Below the pieces are notes generated by a model. The model searched no databases. It was not told where the DNA came from and worked only from the letters and a program-made list of their open reading frames with translations. From a candidate division FCPU426 bacterium (GTDB taxonomy: Bacteria > Oederibacteriota > PGYV01 > Palsa-1178), in the NCBI GenBank assembly GCA_963840035.1, contig CAWIXE010000002.1, positions 160,001-224,000 on the forward strand: DNA of 64,000 nucleotides. Direction: 5' to 3'. Positions 30,312 through 40,169 of this stretch are shown here, piece after piece (position 1 is the stretch's first letter; every line of letters starts with the position of its first letter). A program made the translations under genes and the position numbers.

Positions 30312-32000
30312 ATGAAAAAAACAGCCCTTATTACCGCGGCTTTATTGTTTTCTGTTTTCGTATTTGCCGTTGACGACGAGATTCAGGTAGACCAGCTCGG
30401 ATACAGGCCGCTTGACGCCAAATACGGTTCTGTGGCCATGGATAAGGCTGAAAATTTCAGGATATTAAGGGTTTCTGACGATAAGGAAGTATTCACTGGA
30501 GAATTAAAAAACCCGGTTAAGGATGAAATCGCGGGGGACAGCACTTATGCCGCGGATTTTACCGGCGTAGATAAAGAGGGGGAATATTATATGGAAGTAG
30601 ACAGGGAGTTTAAGTCACAGCCATTTACAATAGGATACGATATATATAATGAAGCATTTTTAAAAGCCATGAGGGGCTATTACCTGCAGCGCTGCGGCAC
30701 GGCGGTAAAAGACCCGGCCGGGTTTAACCACGCCGCCTGCCACATGGAAAAGGCGTCGTTCCACGCAAGCGCAGGCAGGGGATTGTCGGAAACTATTGAT
30801 GTAACAGGCGGCTGGCATGACGCGGGCGACTATGGCCGGTACATAGTAAACAGCGGCTTAACGACCGCCACGCTTATGTGGGCCTTTGAGAGATATAAAT
30901 CCAAACTTGAAAACTATAAGATGAACCTGCCTTACACCGGTTATAAACTTCCGGATATTCTTGAAGAGGTAAAATACAACCTTAAATGGATGCTGAAAAT
31001 GCAGGGGCCGAACGGAGGCGTGTATCACAAGGTGACGCCTTTGCGTTTTCCCGAGATGAATATAATGCCTGAAAAAGATAAAAGCCCCGAGTTTGTATTT
31101 GAAACAACGACATGCGCGACAGGCGATTTTGCCGCTGTCATGGCGATTGCCGCCAGGATATACGCGTCATATGACAAGTCATTCGCAGATAAATGCCAGG
31201 CAGCGTCAGTTAACGCGTGGCAGTTTCTGAAGTCTAACCCCGATATAATACCGGCAGGGGGTTTTAAAAACCCGTCTGATTGCGGCACGGGACAGTACGG
31301 TGACGGGGAAGATAAGGAAGAGCGTTTCTGGGCGGCTGTGGAACTTTTTAACCTTACCGGCGGTGATGAGTACGCGAAGTACATAGAAGATAATATAGGC
31401 ACCTGGTCGCCCACGGTGAAATCCGCCGCAAACTGGCGGGAAGTGCTGCCCGCGGCCATGATATCCTACGCGTACTCGGAAAATCCCATGAAAAACACAA
31501 CAATTGACGCCAGGATAAAAAAGGACCTAAAGGACCACGCGGATATCCTTGTGTACAGGATAAATGAAAGCGGTTATAAGTCAATGATGGCGGCCGAGGA
31601 TTTTGTGTGGGGCTCAAACGCGGTTGTTTTAAATTACTCCATAAACCTCCTCGCGGCAGGGGACTTATTAAAGGAAAAGAAATACACTGCGGCGGCGGAA
31701 GAAGGGCTGCATTACATATTCGGCAGGAACCCTTTTAACGTAAGCTTTGTGACAGGCGTTGGAAAAAACCCGGTAGAGAACATACACCACAGGCCGTCCG
31801 CGGCCATGGGAAAAGCGTGGCCCGGCCTTTTGGCCGGCGGCCCGAATAAAGGCAGGAACGACGGGGTGCTTCAGGGGCTTTCATTCGACACCCCGCCCAT
31901 GAAGTGCTATATGGACAGCCAGGGTTCATACGCGGGAAACGAGATAGCCATAAACTGGAACGCACCGCTGGTATATGTGCTGGCGGCATTCATTAAATAA
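30312..32000 (+). CDS. GH9 endoglucanase with N-terminal Ig-like (CelD_N) domain; no linker or CTD
   Basis: Signal peptide; VDQLGY; GGWHDAGDYG; HHRPS; NEIAINWNA. Confidence 0.93.
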   Translation: MKKTALITAALLFSVFVFAVDDEIQVDQLGYRPLDAKYGSVAMDKAENFRILRVSDDKEVFTGELKNPVKDEIAGDSTYAADFTGVDKEGEYYMEVDREFKSQPFTIGYDIYNEAFLKAMRGYYLQRCGTAVKDPAGFNHAACHMEKASFHASAGRGLSETIDVTGGWHDAGDYGRYIVNSGLTTATLMWAFERYKSKLENYKMNLPYTGYKLPDILEEVKYNLKWMLKMQGPNGGVYHKVTPLRFPEMNIMPEKDKSPEFVFETTTCATGDFAAVMAIAARIYASYDKSFADKCQAASVNAWQFLKSNPDIIPAGGFKNPSDCGTGQYGDGEDKEERFWAAVELFNLTGGDEYAKYIEDNIGTWSPTVKSAANWREVLPAAMISYAYSENPMKNTTIDARIKKDLKDHADILVYRINESGYKSMMAAEDFVWGSNAVVLNYSINLLAAGDLLKEKKYTAAAEEGLHYIFGRNPFNVSFVTGVGKNPVENIHHRPSAAMGKAWPGLLAGGPNKGRNDGVLQGLSFDTPPMKCYMDSQGSYAGNEIAINWNAPLVYVLAAFIK

Positions 32001-32110
32001 TCACAAATCCCAAATCACAAATCCCAAAGAGGGCGTAAGGCAATCATAAATCCTGATAAATTCAGGATTTATGCTTTTAATTTGGGATTTGTGATTTGGG
32101 ATTTGTGATT
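31999..32110. repeat. Perfect 30-bp heptamer-periodic inverted arms with an inner hairpin
   Basis: AATCACAAATCCCAAATCACAAATCCCAAA (31999-32028) / TTTGGGATTTGTGATTTGGGATTTGTGATT (32081-32110); inner CATAAATCCTGA..TCAGGATTTATG. Confidence 0.92.
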
Positions 32111-32222
32111 GCCTTATTCCACATAGTAAAACCAAACGACAAGCCAACGCAACTAATTATTGATAAAACTGTCTAAATATATGACAATATTAGTATACTT
32201 TTATCTAAACCGGAGCAGGAAA

Positions 32223-34535
32223 ATGACCAAAAATATCGGACTCAAAAAGGCAAGCCTTATTCGGTTAACCGTTTACGCAGGAATTCTCCTGTTTTCAAAT
32301 ACCTTATTTGCCGCGCATAATTATAATGACGCCCTTTATAAGTCTGTGTATTTTCTCGGCGCTAACCGCTGCGGTGACACTAAATCATGGATTCACGGCG
32401 CCTGTCATTTGCGCGATGGGGAGGTAAACGGAGGAATAGACTTAACCGGCGGCTGGCATGACTGCGGGGACCACGTAAAATTTGGACAGACTAATTCATT
32501 TGCCGCCGGGTGTGTGATTGAGGGATATTTGCAGTTTACATCCGCATATGAGGACAGGTACGCGCAGGATTATTCAGCTCCTCCGGCAAACGGGATTCCT
32601 GATGTGTTGGATGAAGTAAAGATTCATACTGATTTTCTAATCAAAGCCTACAGGTCAGGCACGGTTTATTACCAGGTGGGCAACGGCGATCAGGACCATG
32701 TGCATTTTTCTGAGCCTGTATATCAGGGGCTTAATTATACGGCGGCTGAAGGCGGAAACCCGAGGCCCTCTTATTCCATAACTACGGGCGGGTCAAATGT
32801 GTGTGGTGACGCGGCTGCGGCGCTGGCCCTTATGTCCATCGCATACAGGCCGTTTAACGCGGCATACGCTGATCAGTGCCTGACAGTGGCAAAACAGTAT
32901 TACGCAGTGGGTGATGCCGCGCATAACATACGGGCAAGCACCGGAGTGGGTTATGCGACAAATACAAACTGGGCTGACGACCTGTGCTGGGGCGCGATAA
33001 GCATATACAGGGCAAATAACGAGGCGTTCTATCTGACTGAGGCGCAGGGGCTTGCTACTGACGGAAATTTCAGCATGCCGACTTACTGGGCGCTTTGCTG
33101 GGACCACACAGAACCTCTGGCTATATACGGATTATATAAGGCAACAGGAAACGCTTCTTATATGACTTTGCTGACCACTGAGCTTACAAACTACCAGGGA
33201 AAAATGACGACCTGCGGCATCGGCTCATACGCATGGCTCGCGCAGTGGGGCAGTTTAAGGTACTCAGGAGGCATGGCTTTTGTCGCTGCGCTTATACATA
33301 AGGAAAACAACAGCGCAGCAGCGCTGGATTTCTGCAAAAAGAATGTTGATTTTATACTGGGAACGCATGCCGCAATGACAGGGACCGGCGGTGGAACGAA
33401 ACTCGGGGAGTCTTTTCTTATAGGTTATGAAAATCCTGATTATCCCGGGACGGGCTGGCCGCAAAGGCCGCATCACAGGGCAGCGTTTGGAAAAGGCGCT
33501 TCAGGAGACATAGATTTTGCCGATGAAGACGCGGCGCCTGGAACAGTACCCTATCTGCACACTCTTACAGGCGCGCTTGTAGGAGGGCCGAGGGCGACAT
33601 GTTCAAATTATAATGACGACATAGGGGACTATGTGGCAAATGAGGTCGGATTGGATTACAATGCCGGATTCATAGGCGCCGTGGCGCATATGGCGCAGTT
33701 ATATCCCCAGGCAACACCCACATATACTCCGTTTGCCGGCCCGCCCACATTTACACCAACTCCGACAGGCACAAGGACCATAACAGTATCACCGACAGCG
33801 TCGCGCACACCGTCATTTACGCGCACCGGAACGCCGACGCGCACAACGACAAATACCCCGGCTGATACATTCACGGCTACTGAAACAAATACAAACACAG
33901 TAACGCGCACTCATACGGCTACAGGGACCTATACCGCGACCGCGACAATAACGCAGACAGATACGCCGCCTCCGCCGGGCTCGACTGATACGTTCACGCC
34001 TTCCATTACAAAGACCTTCACCGTATCGCCCGTGGCCACCGGGACATTCACATCCACTATACAGCCGTCGCAGACATGGACATTAACGCGGACTCCGCTG
34101 CCAACGGCCACAAATACAGCGCAGTTTACAAAGACAAATACCCCGGCGGCGACATACACGCGCACGCCTCTGCCGACCGCGACAAGGACACCGGCGATAA
34201 ATACGCCGACGCCTACTTATACGCAGGTTATAACGGCGCCGCCGTCAGAAGAGGTTGTTTATCCCAATCCGTATGACCCGGGTGAAGGCGACCTGAATGT
34301 GGATTATAGAATTGAGGCTTCAGCCACAACGGTTAAGTTCACTGTATTTACGTCGAGTTACAGGATGGTCCTAAGCGCGGATTTGGGAACAGCCCCGGCA
34401 GGATACAACAGCGCCGCCATAAACCGCAAATACTTTGAAAAACTTTCAAACGGTTCATATATGTACCTGATAACATATAAGACGGCTTCGGGCGAAAAAC
34501 GTTCCAAGATACGGGAACTTATCGTGGTCAGGTAG
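32223..34535 (+). CDS. GH9 endoglucanase + Thr/Pro linker + YPNP C-terminal domain
   Basis: [44 protein letters not shown]. Confidence 0.92.
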   Translation: MTKNIGLKKASLIRLTVYAGILLFSNTLFAAHNYNDALYKSVYFLGANRCGDTKSWIHGACHLRDGEVNGGIDLTGGWHDCGDHVKFGQTNSFAAGCVIEGYLQFTSAYEDRYAQDYSAPPANGIPDVLDEVKIHTDFLIKAYRSGTVYYQVGNGDQDHVHFSEPVYQGLNYTAAEGGNPRPSYSITTGGSNVCGDAAAALALMSIAYRPFNAAYADQCLTVAKQYYAVGDAAHNIRASTGVGYATNTNWADDLCWGAISIYRANNEAFYLTEAQGLATDGNFSMPTYWALCWDHTEPLAIYGLYKATGNASYMTLLTTELTNYQGKMTTCGIGSYAWLAQWGSLRYSGGMAFVAALIHKENNSAAALDFCKKNVDFILGTHAAMTGTGGGTKLGESFLIGYENPDYPGTGWPQRPHHRAAFGKGASGDIDFADEDAAPGTVPYLHTLTGALVGGPRATCSNYNDDIGDYVANEVGLDYNAGFIGAVAHMAQLYPQATPTYTPFAGPPTFTPTPTGTRTITVSPTASRTPSFTRTGTPTRTTTNTPADTFTATETNTNTVTRTHTATGTYTATATITQTDTPPPPGSTDTFTPSITKTFTVSPVATGTFTSTIQPSQTWTLTRTPLPTATNTAQFTKTNTPAATYTRTPLPTATRTPAINTPTPTYTQVITAPPSEEVVYPNPYDPGEGDLNVDYRIEASATTVKFTVFTSSYRMVLSADLGTAPAGYNSAAINRKYFEKLSNGSYMYLITYKTASGEKRSKIRELIVVR

Positions 34536-34630
34536 GGGCCCGGCAGCCGCAGGATTTTATTTTCCTTGAATAACCCCGGTTTAAAATATATAATACCTTT
34601 ACGATTAATAAAATATTTTCCGGGGACACG

Positions 34631-35659
34631 ATGAAAAAACTGAACATCAAGGACATAGCGAAACTTGCCAGGGTTTCTAAGAGCACTGTTTCCAAGGTTA
34701 TAAATAATTATAAAAGCATACCCAAGGCGACAAAAAAACGCATCAATGACATCATTAAAAAGAACAATTACTATTCCTTCGAATCCGCGCATACCCTGGC
34801 AAAAGGCAAAACCGACGTCATAGTTTTTATGGCGCCAAAATACGCCTCGCCTTTCATATCCGAAATACTTGAGGCCTTTGAAACAAGGTCCATCCAGACA
34901 AACCGCTATGTCGAGGATATTATTACATTCTCAACAAGGGGGGACGTAAAAATAAAGGAAGAGCTTTTTAAAAAAATACTCTACGGCAAAAAAGCCGCGG
35001 CTTTAGTCGCGCTTTCCATAAATCCGTCAAAAAAGGTTATTTCGGATTACAAAAAATTCGGAATCCCGATAATCCTTCTTGGCAACATGATGAAAGGCGC
35101 CCACTCTGTCAGGGTTGACAACTTTAAGGGGGCTTTTATGGCCACGGAATACCTTATAAACAGAGGAAAGAAAAACATAGGCTTTATTTCAGGACGGACG
35201 GTTGATGACGGTTCGTGCGATCTGGACCTGTCAATTGTTGAAAGAAGGCTGGGTTTTGAGGCTGCCTTAAGCAAGCACGGAATCCCGCTTAAAAATGAGC
35301 ATATAGAAATAGTGCATGACTTCACATATGAGGACGGCATAGCCGGCTTAAATAACCTGCTGGGAAAAGGCGTCAAGCTTGACGCTGTATTTTGCGCGGC
35401 AGGGGATATAGTGGCTATGGGCGTTATGGAACGGGCTGAAGAGGCAGGCATAAAGATACCGCAGGATCTGGCAGTCATTGGTTTTGACGATATGATGTTT
35501 TCAAAGCACCTGAACCCTCCGCTTACCACGGTTTACCAGCCGATAAAGGAGCTCGGGTCCGTGGCCTTTGACACGGCTGTGGCGGCAATAGAGGGAAAAC
35601 TGGATAAGACACAGGACATAATACTTGAGCCAAAACTGATCGTAAGAAAGTCCGCTTAA
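34631..35659 (+). CDS. LacI-family transcriptional regulator
   Basis: NIKDIAKLARVSKSTVSKVIN; IPQDLAVIGFDD; PPLTTV. Confidence 0.95.
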   Translation: MKKLNIKDIAKLARVSKSTVSKVINNYKSIPKATKKRINDIIKKNNYYSFESAHTLAKGKTDVIVFMAPKYASPFISEILEAFETRSIQTNRYVEDIITFSTRGDVKIKEELFKKILYGKKAAALVALSINPSKKVISDYKKFGIPIILLGNMMKGAHSVRVDNFKGAFMATEYLINRGKKNIGFISGRTVDDGSCDLDLSIVERRLGFEAALSKHGIPLKNEHIEIVHDFTYEDGIAGLNNLLGKGVKLDAVFCAAGDIVAMGVMERAEEAGIKIPQDLAVIGFDDMMFSKHLNPPLTTVYQPIKELGSVAFDTAVAAIEGKLDKTQDIILEPKLIVRKSA

Positions 35660-35674
35660 CCGTATAAATAATAT

Positions 35675-35726
35675 TTGACAACCGCGCGTTAATTTTGTAT
35701 ACTTTGTTAGGAAACCGGTTTCCTAA
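35675..35726 (+). promoter_or_regulatory. Sigma70 promoter plus 20-bp perfect palindromic operator
   Basis: TTGACA (35675)-17 bp-TATACT (35698); TTAGGAAACCGGTTTCCTAA (35707-35726). Confidence 0.85.
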
Positions 35727-35768
35727 ACAAACGGCTTAAACGCTGAAATTCATAAAAGAGGCAGGCTG

Positions 35769-36572
35769 ATGAAAAAGACAATACTGGCCATCGTACTGGC
35801 AATGTGCTGCGCCACGGCCTGGGCATCCCTGTTCCAGGGCGAAATAGGCCTTGAAATGTACGGCGGGTACAGCTTTACCGCCCTGAAAAACTTCAATGAT
35901 AATTTTGTCAATGTATTTAATTACGGCTATCTGGAAGGGTATGCCGCACCGAAGGACGCCGCAGCCATACCGGGGATACTTGAAGCAGACCTGAAAATAA
36001 GATATTGCGCGGCGCCGGCGCTTCCTTTATATCTGAGGCTGGGATTAACGCGGCTTGTGGATACTGAAATATTAACCAATACATCAACAGGCAAGGATAT
36101 AGCCGCATCAGTGGCCAGTTTTAACATGGCTTATGCCGGAGCCGGGGCAAAATACGGATTCAGGCTTTCAAGGGCGTTTACGCTTCTAATAGGAGCTGAC
36201 GCGGGATTATACATACCGGTGGCCAGTTTTTGGGAAGTAACCGGAAACATATCCCAGACCCCGCCGGTAAATAATAATATATCAGACCCGTTATATAACG
36301 CGTCCCAAAGGATAGATTTTACGGACATATACTTCGGCGGAAACGCCGGGGCCGGGGTTGAATGGGCGATTACAGACTCGTGGGGAGTCACTATAGAAGG
36401 CGGATACAGGTTCGCAAAAGCGCCGCTGACATACAGGAAAAAAGGAATTTTCGCGAGGGATTCTTTTAACCTCAAGGAACTCGATTTCTCAGGCCCGTAT
36501 TTAACGGGCGGGCTGGTGTTGTATTTTGACGGCAGAAGCGCCGTGGAAATACAAAAAAGGAGCAGGATATGA
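35769..36572 (+). CDS. Small outer-membrane beta-barrel protein
   Basis: Signal peptide; amphipathic strands GAGAKYGF, GAGVEW, EGGYRF, LDFSGPYLTGGLVLYF; similar to the barrel at 28881. Confidence 0.75.
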   Translation: MKKTILAIVLAMCCATAWASLFQGEIGLEMYGGYSFTALKNFNDNFVNVFNYGYLEGYAAPKDAAAIPGILEADLKIRYCAAPALPLYLRLGLTRLVDTEILTNTSTGKDIAASVASFNMAYAGAGAKYGFRLSRAFTLLIGADAGLYIPVASFWEVTGNISQTPPVNNNISDPLYNASQRIDFTDIYFGGNAGAGVEWAITDSWGVTIEGGYRFAKAPLTYRKKGIFARDSFNLKELDFSGPYLTGGLVLYFDGRSAVEIQKRSRI

Positions 36573-38824
36573 AAAAACAATATTTATTAGCCGCTGTTTT
36601 GGCAGTGCTTATTATTCTGACAGGGACTTCCTGCTCCAAGAGGAGAAACGTGCACCCCGTGGGGCCCGGTGATATTTATACGGCCACATGTACCCCTGCA
36701 ATTTCCACCGCTACTTATACGGTTACACGGACAAATACGCCTTTGCCTCCTACAGGCACAAGGACAAATACACCGGTGCCGCCAACATCAACCTTCACAA
36801 GGACAGCCACGGCCACGGCAATAATACCTTCCGCAACTTTAACGCCTTCTTATACTGAAACCATAATTGTGCCGAGCGCCACAGACACACCCGTATACAG
36901 CCCTACAAACACGCCTTCTGTGACTCCGACGCTTACAGATACGCCGGTCTATAGCCCGACAATTACGCCGACCGCGACCATGACTTTTACGGACACGCCG
37001 GTTGTTTCGCACACTTCAACACGCACGGCAACATTTACAGCGACGGTTACTATTACTCATTCGGCGACACCGACTCACACGCCCACTCCTGTTGCCACGC
37101 CGACATTTACCGCGACAACACCGTCCGCGGCAGTGATTATTTATGACGGCGATACCGCCGGCACCAGGCTCGCTGACGGCGCAGTTACAAATGACGGGGC
37201 AGGGACCATGACTGAAACTGCCGGAGGAAACCCCGGGAATATGATGAGGCTTACATATGTAAACGCGGCTTGGTGGCAGCAGCATGAATGGAACAAGACT
37301 GACAATGTGGATATCGGCGCCAACACATACCTTGTATTCGATGTAAAACTGGATGCGGCAAGCGCGAACCCTGAAAAGCAGCTTAAGGTCAGGATAGACT
37401 GGGGTACAGGGCTTGATGTTTTTGTCGCGAATTTCCTGGTGGAAGGCGGGATAATAACCACGGCCTGGAAGACCGTGAAGATAGCGATCGCGGATATTAA
37501 AGGCGCGGCGCAGACGCAGATAGATTTTATAGCATTCATCGGCAATACTGACATAAATTACACTGTGGATATTGACAATATAAGGCTTGAAGGTTCAGTG
37601 CCGTCTCCTTCGCCAACCTTTACAATTACGACAAACCCGGCCTGGTCGCCGACTGTTTCGCCGACTATCACGCCGACGAGCGCGTGGAACCATCCGGGCG
37701 CGTGGTCTTCAGCGGCGGAGCTGGCGTTTGTAAAAGGGCGGATCGCGGCGAATGCCCAGCCATGGACGCAGGAGCTTTCAAATCTAACGGGGCAGACAGG
37801 CGGCGCCGCTTCAGGAGTGAATTTTAACGGCGTAGTGCAGAATTCCTGCACTCAGGAAGGGTCTGTCCAGACAGACTCGGCGCTTGTTTACGCCAACGCG
37901 CTCGCGTGGTACTTAACAGGCACGCAGTCGTATTACACCAAAGCCATGACCATACTTAATAATTACGCAAGCTCGCCCGCTTCATGCATACAGGGATTCC
38001 AGTCCACCGGCTGTTTTGCCGGGCAGTCCATACTGAATGCCTCGTGGTTCGGCGTGCTTTTCGCCAACGCGTGCGAACTTTTACGCACAAGCCCGAGCTG
38101 GACTGCGAATGATACGGCCAGGTTTGTAAACATGTTTAAGACAGGATTTTATCCGAAGTTAAATACCATGAGCCCTGACAACGGGAATATTGATTTGACC
38201 CAGATAGACGCCATGTTTTCCATGGCCGTCTTCTGCGAGGACCAGGCTGAGTGGGACCTGGCAGTGTCCAGATACAAGGCCAGGATGCCGGCGGCGTTTA
38301 TTGATTCCACATGGACAGGCGTCCCGGGGGTTGGCAAACCGGCTTCCCTCGGAAATGTAAATACAAATAACTGCGGAGGCGCCTCCTCTCCGCCTGTGGA
38401 TTTCTGGTACTGCCCGACATCGTGGGCCGCGGGGCTGCAGCAGGAGACGTGCAGGGATTTGGGACACCATACGCAGTTTGCCCTCGATGCGGCAGTGGAC
38501 TGCGCCGAGATAGATTACCATCAGGGAAGCCCGGACGCGCTTTACGCGTCATACCAGACTATGCTGGTGCCGGCCCTTGAACTGCTGGCGCGGCAATTTG
38601 TCACAGCCACCACCTGCGGCGTCTGTTCGGGAACCTGGCCCGCCGGGCAGCAGAAACTCATAATGTTTGAGGAAGGCTACAACCATTACGCAAACCGCAT
38701 GGGCCTGGGCGCTTCCTTAACCAATACCGGCGCGTGGATAACCACCTCGCGCGCCAATGGCGGCGCCACCCGGCTCCAGTTTAACATAGCTTTTGAGACG
38801 CTCACGCACGCGGGAGTGAACTGA
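36569..38824 (+). CDS. Lipoprotein: Thr/Pro linker + CBM-like module + alginate-lyase-like (alpha/alpha) domain
   Basis: Lipobox LTGTSC; HPG..ELAFVK..PW, NGN.D, QQETCRDLGHHTQF, E.GYNHY, FETLTH; overlaps the upstream stop (ATGA). Confidence 0.8.
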   Translation: MKKQYLLAAVLAVLIILTGTSCSKRRNVHPVGPGDIYTATCTPAISTATYTVTRTNTPLPPTGTRTNTPVPPTSTFTRTATATAIIPSATLTPSYTETIIVPSATDTPVYSPTNTPSVTPTLTDTPVYSPTITPTATMTFTDTPVVSHTSTRTATFTATVTITHSATPTHTPTPVATPTFTATTPSAAVIIYDGDTAGTRLADGAVTNDGAGTMTETAGGNPGNMMRLTYVNAAWWQQHEWNKTDNVDIGANTYLVFDVKLDAASANPEKQLKVRIDWGTGLDVFVANFLVEGGIITTAWKTVKIAIADIKGAAQTQIDFIAFIGNTDINYTVDIDNIRLEGSVPSPSPTFTITTNPAWSPTVSPTITPTSAWNHPGAWSSAAELAFVKGRIAANAQPWTQELSNLTGQTGGAASGVNFNGVVQNSCTQEGSVQTDSALVYANALAWYLTGTQSYYTKAMTILNNYASSPASCIQGFQSTGCFAGQSILNASWFGVLFANACELLRTSPSWTANDTARFVNMFKTGFYPKLNTMSPDNGNIDLTQIDAMFSMAVFCEDQAEWDLAVSRYKARMPAAFIDSTWTGVPGVGKPASLGNVNTNNCGGASSPPVDFWYCPTSWAAGLQQETCRDLGHHTQFALDAAVDCAEIDYHQGSPDALYASYQTMLVPALELLARQFVTATTCGVCSGTWPAGQQKLIMFEEGYNHYANRMGLGASLTNTGAWITTSRANGGATRLQFNIAFETLTHAGVN

Positions 38825-38979
38825 AAAAAATCAGCTTAAAACTGAAAGCTGAAAGCTTAAAGTTGGAGCGTGAAAACAGCGCGGGTTAAATATTTGAAAT
38901 ATAGGTGATTAAAACGGTTTATATGTTATTATGTTTGCGACAAGGCATTTATTATTAGGATGTTAACAGGAGGCTTGAG

Positions 38980-39678
38980 ATGGGCGAAATAAATATCAAA
39001 GGAAAATGGGTTTTACTTACGGGCGCGAGCAGGGGCGTGGGGCTGCGTGTGGCAAAGGCTTTGGCTGAGAGGGGATGCAAACTTATCCTTCAGAGCAGGG
39101 ACTTAAAAGGAACAAAAGAACTGGTAAAGGAATTAAAGGCAAAGGGCGTTGAAGCGCACGCTGTCGCCGCGGAGCTGTCAAACTTAAAGCAGGTAAAGAG
39201 CCTTATTGATAAAGCCAAAAAAATATCGGGTGACCATATAGATATCGTATATAACAACGCCGCGATCATGGCCAAGTTCCGCCAGAATATTTACGACGCG
39301 CCGGCTGAGGATTTTACGCAGAGTTTTTTAGTCAACGTAACAACGCCGGTTATGATATGCAACGCATTCATCCCGCAGATGGTAAAAAGGGGATGGGGCC
39401 GAGTTGTAAACGTGACTTCGGGAATAGCGGACCAGCCTGAACTGATGGCGTACAGCTGTTCAAAGGCCGCGCTCGACAGATATGTGCGCGATATGGTAAA
39501 AAAACTGGAAAAGACAGGCGTGCTCATAAACCTGATGGACCCGGGATGGCTCCGGACTGATTTAGGCGGGCCGCAGGCGCCCAATGACCCTGATTCAGTT
39601 CTGCCGGGGGCTTTAGTTCCGGTGCTGCTGGAAGAGGGAAGCGGGAAGATGTACCACGCGATGGATTTTAAAAAATAA
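38980..39678 (+). CDS. Short-chain dehydrogenase/reductase
   Basis: TGASRGVG, NNAA, YSCSK, DPGWLRTDLGG. Confidence 0.93.
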   Translation: MGEINIKGKWVLLTGASRGVGLRVAKALAERGCKLILQSRDLKGTKELVKELKAKGVEAHAVAAELSNLKQVKSLIDKAKKISGDHIDIVYNNAAIMAKFRQNIYDAPAEDFTQSFLVNVTTPVMICNAFIPQMVKRGWGRVVNVTSGIADQPELMAYSCSKAALDRYVRDMVKKLEKTGVLINLMDPGWLRTDLGGPQAPNDPDSVLPGALVPVLLEEGSGKMYHAMDFKK

Positions 39679-39722
39679 AACAAATTTTATATTTTCAATT
39701 TTCGATTTTCAATTAAACACAA

Positions 39723-39750
39723 AGGGCGCTGAGAGGCGCCTTTTTGTTTT
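39723..39750 (+). terminator. Intrinsic terminator
   Basis: GGGCGC-tgagag-GCGCC followed by T-run. Confidence 0.65.
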
Positions 39751-39797
39751 TAGGTTTTATATGCGATTATTTTAAAAACTAATTGTGCCATGATTTT

Positions 39798-39984
39798 GCA
39801 GGGGCGATTCATGAATCACCCCTGCGGAGGCATAGGGCCGGACCGTATTTGTAGCGGGCGAATATTATTCGCCCGAAAACGGGGCATGCGGAAAAAAACG
39901 GCCGGGCGCATGATATGCGCCCGCTACAATTGCAAAACAAACACAGAGCAGGTCAAATGCGGGCGATTCGTGAATCGCCCCTAC
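39798..39984. repeat. Cluster of four GTAG-type REP variants
   Basis: GCAGGGGCGATTCATGAATCACCCCTGC; GTAGCGGGCGAATATTATTCGCCC; GGGCGCATGATATGCGCCCGCTAC; GGGCGATTCGTGAATCGCCCCTAC. Confidence 0.85.
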
Positions 39985-40169
39985 AACTACGCAAGCCAGA
40001 TGATTGCAAACGTTAAACATTGAACTATTTTCATAAAACCGGTTTAACCGCCCATATTTCACATTAAAACCACGTTATGTATACCGAAACTAAGTTATTG
40101 CCATATTGTCCAATGTTTAGCTATAATTCAGATGCGGCAGGTAGACTATTATGTGGAAGGAGTATGGCG

